A stretch of 64,000 nucleotides of DNA from Candidatus Uhrbacteria bacterium (GTDB lineage Bacteria; Patescibacteriota; Patescibacteriia; UBA9934). How positions within the stretch are numbered: position 1 is the stretch's first letter; the number at the start of each line of letters is the position of its first letter. The notes below the pieces were generated by a model. It worked only from the letters and a program-made list of their open reading frames with translations, was not told the DNA's origin and did no database searches. The position numbers and the translations under genes were made by a program. Of the stretch, positions 1 to 9,988 are shown piece by piece. The stretch covers positions 9,890 through 73,889 of the forward strand of contig JABHCP010000007.1 in NCBI GenBank assembly GCA_018673485.1, given 5' to 3'.

Positions 1-5
1 ATTGT

Positions 6-1067
6 TTGCGGTATAATATATCAAGTATGATTGAGTCGAATTTTGATGAATCGTGTGAAGAGCCCAGAGAAGTCTCTGGGGGATCAAAGGATGAAGAAGA
101 GATCTTCGAGGTAAACCTACGACCGCGGTCACTCGCAGAATTTGTTGGGCAGGAGGAACTTAAAGATGGTTTAGACATCTTTATTAACGCTGCCAAAAAA
201 CGAGGTGAACCGATTGATCACACACTTCTTTACGGAAACCCAGGACTTGGAAAGACCACCTTAGCGCATATCATTGCTAATGAAATGGAAGGAAACATTA
301 GAATCACCAGTGGACCCGCCTTGGAACGTGTTGGTGACTTGGCTGCAATTTTATCCAACCTACAAAAAGGCGACATTTTGTTCATCGACGAGATTCATAG
401 AATGAATCGCGCAATCGAGGAAGTGCTCTATCCGGCAATGGAAGACTTTGCCCTGGACTTAGTAGTTGGAAAAGGACCATCAGCCCGCACTCTACGCCTA
501 GGCCTTGAAAAATTTACAATCATCGGAGCTACCACTCGCCCGTCACTACTATCCTCTCCACTTCGTGATAGATTTGGTTCAACTTATCGGCTTAACTTTT
601 ATAACAATGATGAAATGGGAAGCATCGTTAGTCGAAGTGCGGGAATCCTTGGAGTGAAAACAGATGACACAACCTGCCAAACCATCGCAGAACGTTCTCG
701 TAAAACACCACGAATTGCAAACCGACTTCTAAAACGAGTACGAGACTATTCTCAGGTAAAGCACGATGGAGATCTAACATCAGAAATTGCAAACGCAGCA
801 CTCGACATGCTCGCAATCGATCCGCTAGGGCTTGATGCGGTTGATCGCGGCATCCTGGAAGTGATTATCGATAAATTTCATGGTGGGCCTGTTGGACTAA
901 CAACTCTTGCCGCAGCAACCCAAGAAGAAACTGCTTCACTTGAAGAAATCTACGAACCATTCTTACTTCAACTCGGATTTATTGAAAGAACTCCTCGCGG
1001 ACGTATCGTTACCGACAAAGGATATGAACACTTAGGCCTTGAAAAACCAACTGACACACTTCTATGA
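6..1067 (+). CDS. ruvB: Holliday junction branch-migration ATPase RuvB
   Basis: 353-aa ORF with Walker [16 protein letters not shown], Walker [10 protein letters not shown] and RuvB C-terminal winged-helix region. Confidence 0.9.
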   Translation: MRYNISSMIESNFDESCEEPREVSGGSKDEEEIFEVNLRPRSLAEFVGQEELKDGLDIFINAAKKRGEPIDHTLLYGNPGLGKTTLAHIIANEMEGNIRITSGPALERVGDLAAILSNLQKGDILFIDEIHRMNRAIEEVLYPAMEDFALDLVVGKGPSARTLRLGLEKFTIIGATTRPSLLSSPLRDRFGSTYRLNFYNNDEMGSIVSRSAGILGVKTDDTTCQTIAERSRKTPRIANRLLKRVRDYSQVKHDGDLTSEIANAALDMLAIDPLGLDAVDRGILEVIIDKFHGGPVGLTTLAAATQEETASLEEIYEPFLLQLGFIERTPRGRIVTDKGYEHLGLEKPTDTLL

Positions 1068-1321
1068 TCTTCCCAATGTACTATTTCCTAATCCTATACT
1101 GCGTCTTTCTTTTTGCAGGTGGAGTCTTTGTAATAATAAACGTAATGCATTTGCTTGCATTTGGCCTGCAAGGCTTCAAAACAGCATTTGTAGTACTCCT
1201 CTACCTTGGTGCGACAATTGCCATCATCGGTTATTCCTACGTGCTGATAATGCAATACGACTGGTCGCAGGAATTCATGTTGAGTGAATTTACAAGCTCA
1301 TTAATGAACCCAATTCTATGA
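1064..1321 (+). CDS. small hydrophobic membrane protein (hypothetical)
   Basis: 85-aa ORF with two predicted TM helices; 4-nt overlaps with ruvB and the downstream ORF suggest an operon. Confidence 0.4.
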   Translation: MIFPMYYFLILYCVFLFAGGVFVIINVMHLLAFGLQGFKTAFVVLLYLGATIAIIGYSYVLIMQYDWSQEFMLSEFTSSLMNPIL

Positions 1322-1866
1322 TTAGCTTAAAGCAGTTACCGAATCAGGAAAGAGACGAGAAGGCGATTCTATTCCTACGGCGCCATTGGATAGAAGTGCT
1401 ACGCATTTTATTCTTTGCCTGTGTTTTTGCGGTGATACCCGTAATCTTCTACTACATACTTACCGACAATGGAGTAGACTGGAACGGTTACTGGGGTCAG
1501 TTTGGCGCGTTATTAGTATCGATCTATGCATTGTTCGCCTTGGCTATACTCATGACAATGTTTACAGACTATTATCTTGATACCTGGATTGTTACAACTC
1601 GTCGAGTAATTAACATTGAACAAAAGGGACTTTTCTCGCGCGTTATCTCCGAGCTTCACCTAAACCAAGTGCAAGACGTGACTGCAGAAACCCACGGATT
1701 CATAGCAACAATATTGAGCTACGGGCATGTCTATATCCAAACCGCAGGAACACGAGAACGATTTGAATTCAAAATGGTTAACGACCCAGTCAAAGTAAAG
1801 GCAAGAGTTTCCGAACTAGTAGAAAACGACAAAAGAATACACGGGGATGCATCAAAAGTGACTTAA
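1318..1866 (+). CDS. membrane protein with bacterial PH (bPH_2/YdbS-like) domain
   Basis: 182 aa, N-terminal TM hairpin then a RRVINIEQKGLFSR...YGHVYIQTAG segment typical of the bPH_2/DUF304 family. Confidence 0.55.
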   Translation: MISLKQLPNQERDEKAILFLRRHWIEVLRILFFACVFAVIPVIFYYILTDNGVDWNGYWGQFGALLVSIYALFALAILMTMFTDYYLDTWIVTTRRVINIEQKGLFSRVISELHLNQVQDVTAETHGFIATILSYGHVYIQTAGTRERFEFKMVNDPVKVKARVSELVENDKRIHGDASKVT

Positions 1867-1883
1867 TATAATTAAAACACTAA

Positions 1884-1910
1884 AGACCAGCTTCATCACT
1901 GGTCTTTTTT
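1884..1910 (+). terminator. rho-independent terminator
   Basis: hairpin AGACCAG-N8-CTGGTCT followed by TTTTTT directly after the 1318..1866 stop. Confidence 0.6.
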
Positions 1911-1987
1911 AAATACCTGACCACAGACTCAGTCTATGGCTTAGCTATTTCGGCTTAGCCCAAATGGCTAAGCCTTACTTATAATAT

Positions 1988-3067
1988 TTACTCAGTAGCA
2001 AGATTTAGCGATGACCTCTCCCAGTTAAAATTATCCCACGCCCAGCGTGCGAGTGTTGCTGCATCGTCGCAACTTTCACGTCGACCATCAGATCCTAATA
2101 ATACGATCAGTACAGATTTATCCTCACTGTCACCCATTGGGTGCATGCGTACGACTAAGTTCCAACCTGCTTCTGGTAAGTATCCTGTCTTACCAGCTGT
2201 CACATACACGTCATCATAGGCTGAATCGTAGAGTAGCCAGTTTGTGCTACTAATATCTCTTGTGTAATTATCGTCATTGAGTGCTTCAATATGAATTCCA
2301 GATGTGCCAGCGATCTTACGAAGGTTCTCGTTTGCAAATACCTCGCTAGCAAAATATGCGACCTCGCGTGCGGTCGACACATTATCAACTTCAATGCCAG
2401 TCGGATCTACAAAGACTGTGCTACGAAGATTTAATGATTGTGCAACTAAATTCATCTTGCTCACAAAGTCTTCTTTTTCAAAACCAGTCAAACGAGCAAT
2501 CGCATTTGCTGCATTGTTAGCCGACGCTACGAGTGTTGCCTTAAGCAAATCAATCACAGTAAACGTTGTTCCTCCATAAACCCATAACTTTGCTCCCCCC
2601 ACATCGTCCTCATCCTCCACCGAACCAATACCGCCACCATCAAGACCGTAGTCAAGCGCTGTCTTTGCAGTCATCAACTTTGTGATTGATGCAATCGGCC
2701 AAGACTGACCAGCGCTTTGAGCCGCAAGGATAGCACCAGTCTGATCATCGATTACAATATAGTTCGGAGTGGCTATTAATGGAGCGTTTGATAGACCCAG
2801 ATACGTTGCAGGTGCTACTTCCGGAGCATAATCTGAAAGCTCGTCATATGCCTGCCACCCATACTGCCTTGCCCAATCCTCAAGATCAATCAAAAATCCT
2901 GCACCCGACCCTTCAATGCCTTGATAAGTATCAGGATCAAATGCGCCCTGCAGATCTCCGCGTTCTTCATATATCTCGACGAGCTCATCGGTCATCGCAA
3001 AGCTCAAAGACGGCATCAATAATGACGCCGCTATGATTGTTAAAAATATGTTTCTTATAATGATCAT
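1988..3067 (-). CDS. D-alanyl-D-alanine carboxypeptidase (S11, PBP5/DacA-like), secreted
   Basis: signal peptide; SxxK active-site motif ASITKLMTA; 359 aa. Confidence 0.7.
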   Translation of the reverse strand: MIIIRNIFLTIIAASLLMPSLSFAMTDELVEIYEERGDLQGAFDPDTYQGIEGSGAGFLIDLEDWARQYGWQAYDELSDYAPEVAPATYLGLSNAPLIATPNYIVIDDQTGAILAAQSAGQSWPIASITKLMTAKTALDYGLDGGGIGSVEDEDDVGGAKLWVYGGTTFTVIDLLKATLVASANNAANAIARLTGFEKEDFVSKMNLVAQSLNLRSTVFVDPTGIEVDNVSTAREVAYFASEVFANENLRKIAGTSGIHIEALNDDNYTRDISSTNWLLYDSAYDDVYVTAGKTGYLPEAGWNLVVRMHPMGDSEDKSVLIVLLGSDGRRESCDDAATLARWAWDNFNWERSSLNLATE

Positions 3068-3081
3068 GTGTTTTCATTATC

Positions 3082-3110
3082 GAGAAGATCTCTCCTCGAC
3101 GTCGAGATGG
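3082..3110 (+). repeat. short GC-rich repeat module (GAGAAGATCTCTCC-N6-CGTCGAGATGG)
   Basis: 28/29 identical to the right half of the element inserted in the O-antigen ligase gene at 10208..10270 (reverse orientation). Confidence 0.5.
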
Positions 3111-3152
3111 TAATTATTTATCCATTTCGATGCACCGAAGAAATCCTCTAAC

Positions 3153-3242
3153 TTCGATCGAACGTTGAGCTATCTACGGGATCCTTCCTCCTTCGCTAAA
3201 GCTACGGCGGACTTACAGTCGTCGCCTTACTCCTCTGGATGG
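3153..3242 (+). repeat. modular GC-rich repeat (CGATCGAACGTTGAG...GGGATCCTTC...CTCTGGATGG)
   Basis: shares both terminal blocks with the copy at 42684..42761. Confidence 0.45.
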
Positions 3243-3273
3243 TGGTTATTCTGAGTTCTGTATTCTGAGCTCA

Positions 3274-5100
3274 CTATTCCCACCAAGCCTCTAATTCAAT
3301 GTCTGTGTAGAAATACTTCAAAATCTCGTCCCACATGTAATCATCATTTGCCATGTGTAAGGCACCGAGTGCTGACATTCCGATTCCGTGGCCCCAAAGT
3401 ATGCCACCTTCTTCCCATGGGACTTCTACTGACTGGCACCAAGCCTTTGTGCCGTTCCACACTTCATCCCAAGACCGAGTTCGTCCGTCTGAGCGTGAGA
3501 AATACGGTGTAATCGCAAGCTCTCCATTATAGGTCACGATCGTACCCCGAGTATCAACAACCGCTTGCACGATTGTTGGCGAATCCTTCTCGTGCTCGTA
3601 TCCACGATACACCTGATCATCAGCATAAGCATTTACATGCATGAATTCTCCTCTTTCAGAAACCTCATAACGCGAATTTGCATAAGCATATGTCCTTGCT
3701 GCAGTCACTAAAGCTTTTTGATATTCAGCAGGTGACACGTCTGAAGTCTCAGCGAGCCCGTACAAATACTGCTCGATTGGTAATTCATTTATCACCCAAG
3801 TTCTTTCTTTATAGTCGTTATATCTTAACTCTAAAATATTTCGATATGTATTGTTTGCAAATCCTGCATTTCGAGTCTCGCGATAATCAAAGTTAACTAT
3901 CGTCATTACCGCGTTTTCCTCCTCTGGCACCCATCGAAGACCGTATGAAGAAACCTCCTGCCCACGCCCAAGATCAAAATAATATTTACCATCATCATAA
4001 TAACCTGTGACCAACTCTCCAGAGTCCAACTCTGCAAGCAAATTCCCTTGCGTGTCTTCAAGCCGGAAATCTGATTCATACGAAGTAATCACGGTTTCGT
4101 AATCTGTTTCTTCGTCTATGGTTAAAAGACCAACTCTGATAATTGGCTCTTCGTCCAATTGGTAATCGATCATTGCATCATCATCTTCATTATCAACTGT
4201 AGCCTCAGCGCCGCCTGTCACTTCAAATGGCAACTCAATGATTGCATCCTCAATCTGCTCTCCATTGGCTGAAAATTGGAATTCAGCTGTGTGAAAACCA
4301 TTTGTGACTGGTGACATTAAAGCGAAACTTATATAAGCAACTTCGCCGGGTGCCACTGGCTCACTAGCATAAGCAAGTTGAGATCCTGACCACGATGGGT
4401 GTTCAAAACTTACAGCTGACGATGCGTAAGCTACATCCATTTCATTTACTGAATACGATGTCCAGCTCTCTGTCCCAATATTTGTAAATCCAGCGGTCAT
4501 TAATATTGAAACTCCTGCTTTTGCCTTAATTGATTTGGCGCTCAAGATGGTCAACTCTGCCTCAAGCCCACTATCAGCTTCGTTAAGCTCTGTGATTGTT
4601 ATCATCTCCTGCACTTCGCTTGTAACATTAATTGAAAAACTAATCTCTCCTCCATCAACCCACGCAATATCCTCTGACGCTAAATGGAACACCTCCACAT
4701 AATCACCTTCAGTGCTTGGCGCGTGCAATTCGAACATCATACTTGCTGTTTCTCCAGGCACGACCACAGGTTCGATAATTCGTTTAACTTGATCCGGCCC
4801 AAGCCATGTTCCAGGATCAAATGAACTTGATCGATACTTTGGCTCATAAGTATAAAGGGAGATATATCCAGCGCCATCGTTATACCAAGTTAAGTCTCCG
4901 TTATTTAGAAATGTCACGCTAACCTCTTTTACTTCCCCTGGAGACATTGTCAGCTCGCCACTTCCAGAGATTGTGACAGGTACCGCCTCGTAAGATGCGG
5001 CCTGAACTGCAGTTGAGATAAAAAAGAACCCGCAAAGCATTAATGCGGTTAAAATTCCCCACTTTTGTAATACATTCATAGCGTTTTGCATTGGTTTCAT
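3274..5100 (-). CDS. secreted SpoIID/LytB-domain protein with long N-terminal beta-rich region
   Basis: signal peptide; C-terminal SpoIID-like motifs EQYLYGLAE, ALVTAARTYA, TPYFSRSDGRT. Confidence 0.65.
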   Translation of the reverse strand: MKPMQNAMNVLQKWGILTALMLCGFFFISTAVQAASYEAVPVTISGSGELTMSPGEVKEVSVTFLNNGDLTWYNDGAGYISLYTYEPKYRSSSFDPGTWLGPDQVKRIIEPVVVPGETASMMFELHAPSTEGDYVEVFHLASEDIAWVDGGEISFSINVTSEVQEMITITELNEADSGLEAELTILSAKSIKAKAGVSILMTAGFTNIGTESWTSYSVNEMDVAYASSAVSFEHPSWSGSQLAYASEPVAPGEVAYISFALMSPVTNGFHTAEFQFSANGEQIEDAIIELPFEVTGGAEATVDNEDDDAMIDYQLDEEPIIRVGLLTIDEETDYETVITSYESDFRLEDTQGNLLAELDSGELVTGYYDDGKYYFDLGRGQEVSSYGLRWVPEEENAVMTIVNFDYRETRNAGFANNTYRNILELRYNDYKERTWVINELPIEQYLYGLAETSDVSPAEYQKALVTAARTYAYANSRYEVSERGEFMHVNAYADDQVYRGYEHEKDSPTIVQAVVDTRGTIVTYNGELAITPYFSRSDGRTRSWDEVWNGTKAWCQSVEVPWEEGGILWGHGIGMSALGALHMANDDYMWDEILKYFYTDIELEAWWE

Positions 5101-5634
5101 GCAGATTGATTATAGCGCACTCTCGGCGTTGGATAAAATATGTTTTCAACAGGATATTAACAAAACAAGAACCCCCACAACAGCGTAGAGATTCGAGTGT
5201 CAGACCAGTGGCCTGATACACCTCTACGGTGCGGGGGTAGATTGGACGTTGTGGGGCCTAAGGCTCACCCACACCCGTCCGCTATGACACTGGCATGCAT
5301 TCCTCGCTCTATCCCGTTTGACGATTGGGATAGCCAAGGGCGAACATGTTCTCCAGCATCTACAGTGACCGCTTCAAAACCACCTCATGACGACCAGTAA
5401 CGTAGGGCCGCCATGGTGACTAGTGATCATCCACGGTCGTGAAAGGTGTGAAACATTGGATAAGTGAACTAGCCACCAATCCGAGGGCTAAGAAGGCTGT
5501 GTCTGGGGAGCCAAGAACCCAGGAGGAGCGCCCACACAAAGGCTCAACCACAGACACAGATACGTTAGCTTGCTACGAGTCTAGATCATTCCAATCAAGG
5601 AGGCCGTGGCCGTACTTGATCTAGGTCTCGCTTG

Positions 5635-5679
5635 CAAGCAACTGAGAAATGACAGAATCAGCTCTCAGTTAACTGCAAT
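5635..5679 (+). repeat. 45-nt direct repeat copy 1 with internal hairpin AACTGAGA-N15-TCTCAGTT
   Basis: 40/45 identity with 6067..6111. Confidence 0.7.
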
Positions 5680-6066
5680 GTTGAAAGTTATGGCCTGCCG
5701 GGAGCAAGTTTTGAACCAGGGAGCACCCAGTGCCCCCGGTCAGACCAAGAAGTTTTGTGGTGAGACACCAGAGGCGGTGACCACTCTGTGCAAGGAGTAG
5801 CCATCCGCTCTGGTGTCACTTTCGTATAGGTGGGTTGCGATCCACACCTAAACTCAGCTGCAATTACCGCGTCATGCACTCAGCCTCTTGGGGCAAGTGG
5901 TCATCCTTTTCCAGGATAATAGGGGCGTGCACTGATCTCTCCCCATAATGACGAAGTTCGTTCCGACATCTTAGCGCTTGGAGCGCTTTGATGTCCGCTG
6001 TATAGGCCACCACAGGCCTAGGAACTAAGTGAAGTTTGCTCGCAGGACCACTCAGGATCCTACTTA

Positions 6067-6111
6067 CAAGCAACTGAGAAGTGACAGTATCAACTCTCAG
6101 TTGCCTGCAAT
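6067..6111 (+). repeat. 45-nt direct repeat copy 2
   Basis: 40/45 identity with 5635..5679; the same hairpin is retained. Confidence 0.7.
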
Positions 6112-7262
6112 CTTAAACTCCGATTGCTAGCAACGCGCCTATAACAAGCGAGTAACTAATATAAATAATTGTTTCCATATATACACCTCCTAGATTATCA
6201 ATTTCTTAATCTCCTAGCAGGGGTCCCAGGGTTCGACAGATGTCTATTACCTGGGAGTGATGTTGATGCGGCGGACACTTCCGTCCTTGCACCTAGTCAC
6301 TACGACCTTCGGCTTTGCGGCATGATCCGACGCCCTCGCCTGCTGCCGAAGCTTGGCAGGGGAGGTCGTGAACCACACACGCTGGCCCCGAAGAGGCCCG
6401 CACTGACTGGTATCCATAGTATCTCCATGTCAGGGTTGAACAGATTGTATTTCAGGGAACTGGGTCTCTCCTTTCCCAGTTCCCTGGAATAAATCCAGGG
6501 ATCTCTCAGTCTTTTCACAGACAGGTTGATGATTATATTCATAACCCTCCAGATGAACCGTCTCTGTCTCTATATAGCTGCCGAGGCAGCGGTGGTTATC
6601 AGCCGTTCACAACAGGGGTCGAGGTTTTGACGAATCCTCCAGACTCTCATCTGAACGCGCATGGGGGAATACGTCCAGGTGAGAATCAAGTGGATATTGA
6701 AATTGGATCGGGAGAGGAGCTACTGAGAGTGGCTCCTCCCCCGAAACACGATCGTACCTTGGTGAACCTCCGTTTGGACTATGGGGCTCACCAATGACCT
6801 ATCATACCCTCACCAGTACCTATCGCATGCGTTAGCACGCGATACCTAAATGGCTGGCGACAGGTGATATCGGTCTAATGACACTTCAAACTCGATACGT
6901 TAGGACGCAACCGCTGTGTCCAGCAGCAATCTGAATCGAGCTCAAATGGGACATGTCACCTTCCGCAAAACTGCGGTTCCCAGGAATATGGTGTGGTAAA
7001 TCACCTCTCCCTTGTCATCCCTCTGACAAGCTAAAGGAATGGCAAGGATGGTGATTTTTGTTGTTAAGTGCTCACTTGAGGAATCTGCCTCATCAGCGAA
7101 CAAGGAAATCTATCATATCTATCAGAATCTGTCAAGCCCTTGATGTACAAAAAAGGTCATATTTGGGCATAATTGGCTAAAATTAAACAAAAAAAGAACC
7201 AATTTTCATCGGTTCTCCCTGTATAGTTTCAGCTTTATACTTTCAACTTTCTATCCTCCCCC

Positions 7263-7291
7263 TTGACAACCAACCACTTTTCATGTATAGT
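7263..7291 (+). promoter_or_regulatory. sigma70-type promoter (TTGACA-17-TATAGT)
   Basis: perfect -35 hexamer, 17-nt spacer, TATAGT -10; points into 7298..7576. Confidence 0.5.
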
Positions 7292-7535
7292 ACTGGGTCG
7301 TGCTGCAGATCTGCGGCGCGCTACACTAGCGGCCCTGAGCCGCTACATCTCGGAGTCATCATGAACGCGTAACCCCGTTGCGCTGTGAGGACCCAACCCC
7401 ATCCAGCCTGGAAGGTTCACAAGTCAACTGGCCCAACGGCCAGATATCATCGCGAACGCACGCCCCGTGCGTCGTGAATAGGAAGACTTCTGCAACCAAT
7501 CAGGAGGTGTGATGTGGGAGGAGTTTAACCACAGC

Positions 7536-7576
7536 GCGGGCCGTCGACTAACCATCGGCGGCCTTCCTATTTTTTA
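7536..7576. terminator. putative bidirectional intrinsic terminator
   Basis: GGCCGTCGAC...GGCGGCC hairpin followed by TTTTTT on the plus strand; lies immediately 3' of the minus-strand TrmB gene. Confidence 0.4.
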
Positions 7577-8322
7577 AATATCAATTTTGGCTTTTTCCCA
7601 GACCTCCACATTGTCTCAAATAAAGCTCTCATGGAATTAGCAAACATCTCACTCTCCATAACGATAACTGTCATGGTGCCAATGTATGAAATAAAGAAAA
7701 TATATTTATCAAAAATTGTTATATTCCCTCTGAACTCTAAATCTTCCGGCAGTGTTCTATACTGATAACCCTTTCGTGGATTCCTAGCAGTACCCTGCAA
7801 TAAAATTCTAGCATTCTTTGGTGTGTGCTTGTATGCGCTTCTCGCGGAGAGCAAAACACCTTCATCTAGATAATCATAAACATCATCAACGTTGGAAATC
7901 TCATCAAACTCTCTTGGCTTTATTTTTTCTATATAATCAAAGTATGCAGTTAGTGCTTCCTTGCCCTCATACACCTTCACAATTGGCTTTGCACCTCCGC
8001 CTAACAACTTAAGTGCATCGATTGATCGAGTAACGTCCTCGATTTTTGTTTTGAACTTTTGCTGTTCTTCTTTTAGATACGAAACTATGCGCTCAGGATC
8101 CTCTGCAGCGTACAGCTGCTTCTTTCCAACAATGGAGCTGCTCATTAGGCCACGTTCTGAAAGCTGACTAATGGCGTCATAAGCGGCAGTTCGTGAGATG
8201 CCAGATTTTTGTGCAATAGCTTGCACTGGTGATGGTCCAAGCTCGAGTGCTGCTAAATAGACTTTTGATTCGCTAGGCATTAAACCAATGGACTCCAAAA
8301 GTGGTGTTAATTTTTTTCCCAT
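7567..8322 (-). CDS. TrmB-family transcriptional regulator
   Basis: N-terminal HTH KVYLAALELGPSPVQAIAQKSGISRTAAYDAISQL typical of TrmB; 251 aa. Confidence 0.75.
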   Translation of the reverse strand: MGKKLTPLLESIGLMPSESKVYLAALELGPSPVQAIAQKSGISRTAAYDAISQLSERGLMSSSIVGKKQLYAAEDPERIVSYLKEEQQKFKTKIEDVTRSIDALKLLGGGAKPIVKVYEGKEALTAYFDYIEKIKPREFDEISNVDDVYDYLDEGVLLSARSAYKHTPKNARILLQGTARNPRKGYQYRTLPEDLEFRGNITIFDKYIFFISYIGTMTVIVMESEMFANSMRALFETMWRSGKKPKLIFKK

Positions 8323-8360
8323 AATATTTTATTTATGTACATATTTTATCACATTTTCGA

Positions 8361-8404
8361 AAAACTCGACTGTATACTGCCTACTGCATACTGTATACTG
8401 TTAC
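8361..8404. repeat. TACTGNN heptad-like tandem repeat
   Basis: TATACTGCCTACTGCATACTGTATACTGTTACTGC between divergent TrmB and flippase genes; related runs at 29590, 46818, 49020. Confidence 0.4.
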
Positions 8405-8408
8405 TGCT

Positions 8409-9848
8409 ATGAACAAAACAAAGGCGCTTGCGCAAAACGCAGCTATACAAATCATTGGTAAAACTGCTGCAACATTATTAGGTGTATTTACAGTTGCGAT
8501 TCTAGCCCGTCACTTGGGCGTTGAAGGCTATGGTCAGTTCACCATCGCGCTTTCGTTTCTTTCTATATTTGCAGTGATTGTCGACTTTGGACTCACGCTC
8601 ACCACAACGCAGATGATCTCAGAAAAAGAAGCAGATGAAGCGACACTGCTTGGAAATCTATTAACACTGCGGATTATCTCAGCAGTAGTGTTCCTGGCCT
8701 TGGCTCCTGTTGTGGCATTGGTATTTCCGTATGATAATGTAATCCAATTAGCAATCGCCATTGGTGCATTCTCATATCTTTTTGGAACTACAGCGCAGAT
8801 GTTTGTTGGCGTGTTCCAAAAACGAATGCTTATGTCGCGTGTCGTAATAGCTGAGCTTGCAAACCGCACCGCTGTACTAATCGGGGTGTTATTCGCACCT
8901 TACTTTGGCTTTGGTGTAGTCGACATTGTTTGGTTGCTCGTAATCGGTAACGCAATTCAATTACTGCTCATGCTTTGGCAGACAAAAGTTCTCGTTGCCT
9001 TCAAACCGAAGCTCAACACCGCAATCTGGAAAAAGATAATCTTACGCAGCTGGCCAATTGGGGCATCCATTTTCTTTAATTTGATCTACCTCAGAGGTGA
9101 TATTGTATTTCTATCAATCTTCCGCGACAATGCCGAGACCGGACTTTACGGAGCGGCATACAAAGTTGTTGATGTGGTTGCTGCAATCCCAGTTATGTAC
9201 ATGGGAATCGCCCTTCCTCTTCTTGTTGCCGCATGGAGCGCGTCGCGAACCAATAGATTCAAAAACTACATGCAAAAGTCTTTCGACTTTTTATCAATTG
9301 CAGCAACGCCAATGATTTTTGGAACAATCGCGCTTGGTGTGCCAATAATGCAACTGGTCGCCGGCATGGAATTCACTGAATCTGGAAGAGTTTTGATGAT
9401 ACTTGGTCCAGCAGCGGCAATCGTATTTTGGAATTCACTTTTTGGACACGCCATCGTTGCACTCAACAAACAAAAAGTCATGACCTGGGGTTATTTAGCA
9501 GTCGCCATCCTGACAGTTGCTGGATACATCTACTTTATACCAATCCACGGCATGTGGGCTGCTGCCTGGCTAACACTTTTCTCTGAAGCTCTCATCGGAA
9601 CGCTGACTTTTGTAGTTGTATGGCGCGTGAGCAAATACTTCCCGTCGCTTAAGATGCTGTCCAAGGCAATTCTTGCGAGCGTTGTAATGTTCATCGTTTT
9701 GGTAATTCTCCCGAATGTACACGTCTTGCTACTAATTCCTCTCGCGATGATCATCTACGTGGCAGCGCTAACCGCGCTTGGTGGACCAAAGCCACAAGAA
9801 GTGTTAAACCTATTCCTACCGGAAAAACCACCTATTAGTCAGCCTTAA
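8409..9848 (+). CDS. polysaccharide biosynthesis protein / Wzx-like oligosaccharide flippase (MOP superfamily)
   Basis: 479 aa, about 12-14 TM segments, N-terminus typical of the PST family. Confidence 0.8.
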   Translation: MNKTKALAQNAAIQIIGKTAATLLGVFTVAILARHLGVEGYGQFTIALSFLSIFAVIVDFGLTLTTTQMISEKEADEATLLGNLLTLRIISAVVFLALAPVVALVFPYDNVIQLAIAIGAFSYLFGTTAQMFVGVFQKRMLMSRVVIAELANRTAVLIGVLFAPYFGFGVVDIVWLLVIGNAIQLLLMLWQTKVLVAFKPKLNTAIWKKIILRSWPIGASIFFNLIYLRGDIVFLSIFRDNAETGLYGAAYKVVDVVAAIPVMYMGIALPLLVAAWSASRTNRFKNYMQKSFDFLSIAATPMIFGTIALGVPIMQLVAGMEFTESGRVLMILGPAAAIVFWNSLFGHAIVALNKQKVMTWGYLAVAILTVAGYIYFIPIHGMWAAAWLTLFSEALIGTLTFVVVWRVSKYFPSLKMLSKAILASVVMFIVLVILPNVHVLLLIPLAMIIYVAALTALGGPKPQEVLNLFLPEKPPISQP

Positions 9849-9853
9849 TTGCC

Positions 9854-9982
9854 TGTCACCCCTGGCTCCGACCAGGGGCCCATCAATTATCGATTCATTG
9901 AGCTTGATGTAACGATGGATCCCCCGCCTACCGGCAGGCAGGCTGCTTTCGACCCGTCTGACGGGTTTCGCAGGAATGACAA
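9854..9982 (+). repeat. about 130-nt structured intergenic repeat (copy 1) carrying a nested CCGG-centred palindromic module
   Basis: near-identical to 62653..62775 apart from a 24-nt insert CCCCCGCCTACCGGCAGGCAGG; compensatory hairpins CCCCTGG/CAGGGG versus CCCGGC/GCCGGG. Confidence 0.6.
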
Positions 9983-9988
9983 AATCAT

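Larger units (their letters stand above)
5101..7566. other. 2.4-kb GC-rich non-coding region (candidate large structured RNA or decayed foreign DNA)
   Basis: no ORF longer than 107 aa in six frames despite about 55% GC; internal direct repeats; many stable hairpins; promoter and terminators inside. Confidence 0.5.

Noticed and set aside
5635-6111. The two 45-nt direct repeats differ mainly at positions where copy 1 has adenine, reminiscent of a DGR template/variable repeat pair
   Set aside because: Repeats are only 45 nt, there is no reverse transcriptase gene nearby, and the surrounding DNA is non-coding; five substitutions are too few to infer adenine-specific mutagenesis
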